A DNA stretch of 63,455 nucleotides, filler included, from Dirinaria sp. TL-2023a (lineage: Eukaryota), in assembly GCA_051941275.1 (NCBI GenBank). It is 17 parts of 17 records of this genome, joined end to end, with 100 filler letters (N's around TTAATTAATTAA, not from the genome) between each part and the next. Parts side by side here need not be neighbours in the genome. Positions count along the whole stretch, not along the records: positions 59,857 to 63,455 come from JAVEBF010002007.1; 16 more parts are not named here. One strand, given 5' to 3'. The notes under the pieces were generated by a model, which saw only the letters and a program-made list of their open reading frames with translations, ran no database searches and was not told where the DNA came from. Shown here piece after piece: positions 59,857-63,455 of this stretch. The translations under genes and the position numbers were made by a program. Within the stretch, counting starts at the first letter, position 1; each line of letters opens with the position of its first letter.

Positions 59857-62800
59857 TCTCGCAGTTGGTCATCCCTGATACCGGCGGCTTCCGCAACTAC
59901 TCCCAAGTGGCATCCGGTTCCTTTACGCTGACTGCCGGTGACCACATCATTCGTCTCGCTGCCGTAGACAGCAGCACAACCGCCACACCGGCGAGCATCT
60001 ACTACTTAGGCGACATGGACTGGCTCAAACTCGCCTCCACAGGGCCGGGCGGCAACCCATTGTCACAGGTCAAGCTCTACAACACGGGTGTCAACGACGA
60101 CGGCTCACTCGTGGTCGCCGACCCGAACGCCTCGGGCGGTACGCCCGACCCGCACTACACGCCTGCTTACGTCATCAATCCCGGTGACGGCGGCGTACCG
60201 GGCGGTTACTGGACGCCGAACACCAGCACTTCTCAGTGGGTCGGCTCACGTAGCGATCAGCCGTTTGGAACGGCGATCGCCGGCGACTTCGATTACACAA
60301 CGAACTTCGACCTTGCGTCGATCGATCCCTCAACCGTTCACATCGACGGGCGCTGGGCGACGGACAACAACGGCGAGGACATCGTCGTGAACGGGCACAG
60401 CTTGGGCGTAACAACTCCCTATCAGGAGTTCCAGTGGCACCGCTTCACGATCCCGTCTGACGATTTGCAACCAGGCCACAACACGATCGAGTTCAAGCTC
60501 CACAGCGGCAGCCCGTCGGACAATGGAGGCTGGGAAGGGCTGCAGACACAGATGGTACTGGCCTACAACGGGACGTTTGGCGGTACGTGGCCTGAGACGA
60601 ACGATCCTCCGACGCTCACCACGCCGAATGCCACTCCGAACCCTGTCACTACGACGAGCACCAGCTTGAGTGAGATTGGTTCCGATGACGGTGGCGAGGG
60701 AAATTTAAAATACACTTGGTCTGTCGATCCTAGCTCTCCCAGCGGCGTGACTTTCAGCAGCCACGATTCGAATGCTGCTAAGACTGTCACGGCGACTTTT
60801 ACACGGCCGGGCACCTACAAAATGTATGTCACAGCGACAGACCTCGACGGCGCGTCGACCACGTCGCAACCGGTCGAAGTCGACGTTGTCTCGACGGTTC
60901 AGCCGTTCTCAATCAGTCCGGCTGAAGTGAGCGTGCCTTTGAGCGGTCAAGGCAACATAGAGTCGCAACAGTTCACCGCGTCCGCTTTTGATCAGTTTGG
61001 GACTCGGGAGCCGATCACGTGGTCGCTCAACGGTGACGGAAGCATCGATCAGAACGGGATATACCAGGCTCCGATGAGTGGCAGCGACGCTACGATTGAT
61101 GCCGTAGCGGGCTCAGTAGATGCAGCACCAGCACATGTGACGCTAACTGGAGGGGGCACAGCTACGCCAACACCGTCGATGGGAATCACCGTTGACACCA
61201 ACCAGTTGCCCGAACAAAGCACGTCGCGCGCCGTGTTCACAATCACTCGCACCGGTGGCGATGACTCGCAGCCTATCTCGGCGTTGCTCAACTTCGGAGG
61301 AACTGCAACGCCTCCATCTGCTACTACTTCCGATGCCGACTACCACATCTACCAGGGCGCAGATAGCACGACGCCGCTGGATGGTTCGACCGTGGTAATT
61401 CCGGCTCACAGCAACCAGGTCCAATTCTCAATCGTCCCGATCGAGGATACGATTCAAGAAGGTGATGAAGACGTCGATGCCTCGATTGCATCCAGCCCGA
61501 ATTACAGCGTCGGACAAAATAATCATGCGGACGTGGTGATCGATGATTCGGGTGGTTCAGGTGACCCAACCTCTACAATGACCGCTTCAGCGATCTCGAG
61601 CAACTGGGTACACCTCGATTGGGTCGACCCCGCCAATGTCGGTACCTATGCGTTATTCCGAGACACCAAGGCCGACTTCACGCCGAGCTTGAACAATCTG
61701 GTCAAGGAGACGAATTCAACGACTTACGACGATGACAGAATCCATTCTGGCTCCTCGTACTACTACAAAGTATTTTCAGTCGGCAACAATGGCGACACTG
61801 TCTACCTAGGGAATGCGACTGTCTCTACTTCGTCCCAGCCGAATGCGTCAGAAGCGAGCTCACAAAATCCCAACGACCTGCCCGGGCCGGTGCCGCCGGA
61901 ATCACCGACCAATGTTCAAGTGTTAGGAATAAACGACCTTGAGATTTTCGTAAGCTGGACGCCCCGGCAGAAAGCTTATTTGAGCGGCTATGACATCCAA
62001 GTGTCGACCGACAACCAAAACTGGTTTGACGCTGGTACCACGTCGCCCTTGTCTACCAACTTCATTGTTAGAAGATGCGGCCCAGCTGGAACCCCGAACA
62101 CTTTTTTGCGTCCGAACACAAATTATTACGTGCGTGTAAGGGCGAAGGTTGATATCGATGAACAATTCTCCTCTAGGCAAAGCGATTGGGCTGAGGCGCC
62201 TGGAGCTGAACAGGTCCGAGAGCCAGATTTGTCGATCGATCAGGGCAAAGACGTGCTTGTTGTAATCGCAGGTAACAATCAGCCTATCGAAGATGTGCTT
62301 AAAGGCATCACCATCGGTGTAAACGGATCCACCGGTCAGAGGGAGCTTCAGGGCATGCAATATTCTGATAGTGTTGGCTACATCTGGGCGAAAGATGTAA
62401 ACGAAGGCTATAATGCATTTTTCTCTGTCGATCCAGCAGACGGAGGTTGCCCAGACGGCTATGGCGGGCTGCCCGACAACAGTCCCTGGATGACCGATGC
62501 GGACAAACTCAACGACGTAATCAATAATGACGGTTCCGGCCTTCTTTATGACGAGATTTTAGAAGAATTTAGGCGGGGGTCGACCGACGTAGGATTGATT
62601 GGATACAGTCATGGCGGCGGGATGATATATAACATTTCTGACAGGCTAGCTAACGATTCGAGCATCCCTCCATTCGCGGGCGTAGTGTTCTCTGGTACGA
62701 TCGACGCTGTCAATTATGGCACTGGGATCGATGATCTCATGTTCAACGATGGTTGGTATCAACGCGACCCACTGCAGTCCAACCCGATGGATCTGTGGAG

Positions 62801-63026
62801 CGGCGGTGCTTCGATCAATTACTTCGAAGAAACAGGTTATTTGTTAGGTGGCCACTTCGGTACTAACGGAGTGCTTGGGGCGTACGTGCATGGCGCGGCG
62901 TTGAACAACGCGGAAAATCACGACTTCGGCTATTCTCTTGATCATAGCGGGATAGCGACCAACTCTGCTGTTCTCGATGGAGTGAGAACCGCGACTGACG
63001 ACTTATTCGGGTCGTTAACATATTAG
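59857..63026 (+). CDS. Bacterial large extracellular protein (CBM-like, jelly-roll, PKD/Ig-like, Calx-beta-like, 2x FN3) with a C-terminal alpha/beta-hydrolase domain; 5'-partial
   Basis: More than 1050 intronless codons. TGGFRNY..TLTAGDHIIRL; GRWATDN; DDGGEGNLKYTWS..TATFTRPGTY; FTITRTGG..PIEDTIQEGDE; LRPNTNYYVRVRA; LIGYSHGGG (62601-62621)..TIDAV..DHSGI. Confidence 0.85.
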
Positions 63027-63031
63027 TCAGG

Positions 63032-63364
63032 ATGCGAGCAGTGATGGAGAACAACGATAGCGAAAGAAGGCGCGCGTGGCTGTCGATTATAGGTCTTCTC
63101 ATGCCTGTCGTGCAATGCGCTTGGTTCGTGACGGCGTTTGCGCTCGAAGCTACGCCTGATCCGGGTGGCATTCAGCATCCAAGTCAACTTGGAAATGTGA
63201 GTGCGATCCTTTTAGTATTGTGGCCGACTGGTTTTGGTGTGCTTTGCTCGTGCATTGGGGCCATCGTAGCTGGCCATAAGCAAGAATTGCTACGAAGCAT
63301 GCTAGGAGTAGCTCTCAACATATCCGTGGGAGTTCTTTTGATGGCTCGATTCCAAGTAATGTAA
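63032..63364 (+). CDS. Small integral membrane protein (about 3 hydrophobic helices), candidate immunity protein
   Basis: Starts 5 nt after the upstream stop. Hydrophobic segments AWLSIIGLLMPVVQCAWFVTAFAL, AILLVLWPTGFGVLCSCIGAIVAG and MLGVALNISVGVLLM. Confidence 0.65.
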   Translation: MRAVMENNDSERRRAWLSIIGLLMPVVQCAWFVTAFALEATPDPGGIQHPSQLGNVSAILLVLWPTGFGVLCSCIGAIVAGHKQELLRSMLGVALNISVGVLLMARFQVM

Positions 63365-63455
63365 TACGGATCGTGATTGTTGTTCGCGCGCGACAAGTTC
63401 GCGCGGCCTGCGTCGCGTCGGCATGATGTCGCGATGCTGATTGTCGAACGAACGC

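Noticed and set aside
63385..63410. GC-rich hairpin as an intrinsic terminator after the bacterial gene pair
   Set aside because: The stem is short and imperfect, with no following U-tract.

Overview
This window is not one locus. It is 17 short contigs (3671 down to 3599 nt, sorted by length) joined by an artificial 100-nt linker (44 N + TTAATTAATTAA + 44 N). Sixteen contigs look like filamentous ascomycete DNA, with GT..CTRAC..YAG introns. They carry housekeeping genes (PLP1, SMI1/KNR4, a SAM-PH protein, DNA polymerase kappa, CHZ1, VRG4/GMT, MMM1, BMS1, SDH5), oxidoreductases, an NLR-type WD40 tail, a Tad1-like LINE, a 445-bp element with 38-bp inverted repeats, and several decayed ORFs. The last contig is bacterial: a large multi-domain surface protein ending in a GxSxG hydrolase, followed 5 nt later by a small membrane protein, which resembles a toxin/immunity pair. 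The most striking signal not explained by gene content is a RIP-like C-to-T hypermutation that targets CpC (GG-to-GA on the other strand) rather than the canonical CpA. It is visible directly between aligned WD40 repeats and as tracts nearly free of CC/GG on other contigs. All family assignments come from motif recognition by eye; no searches were run.
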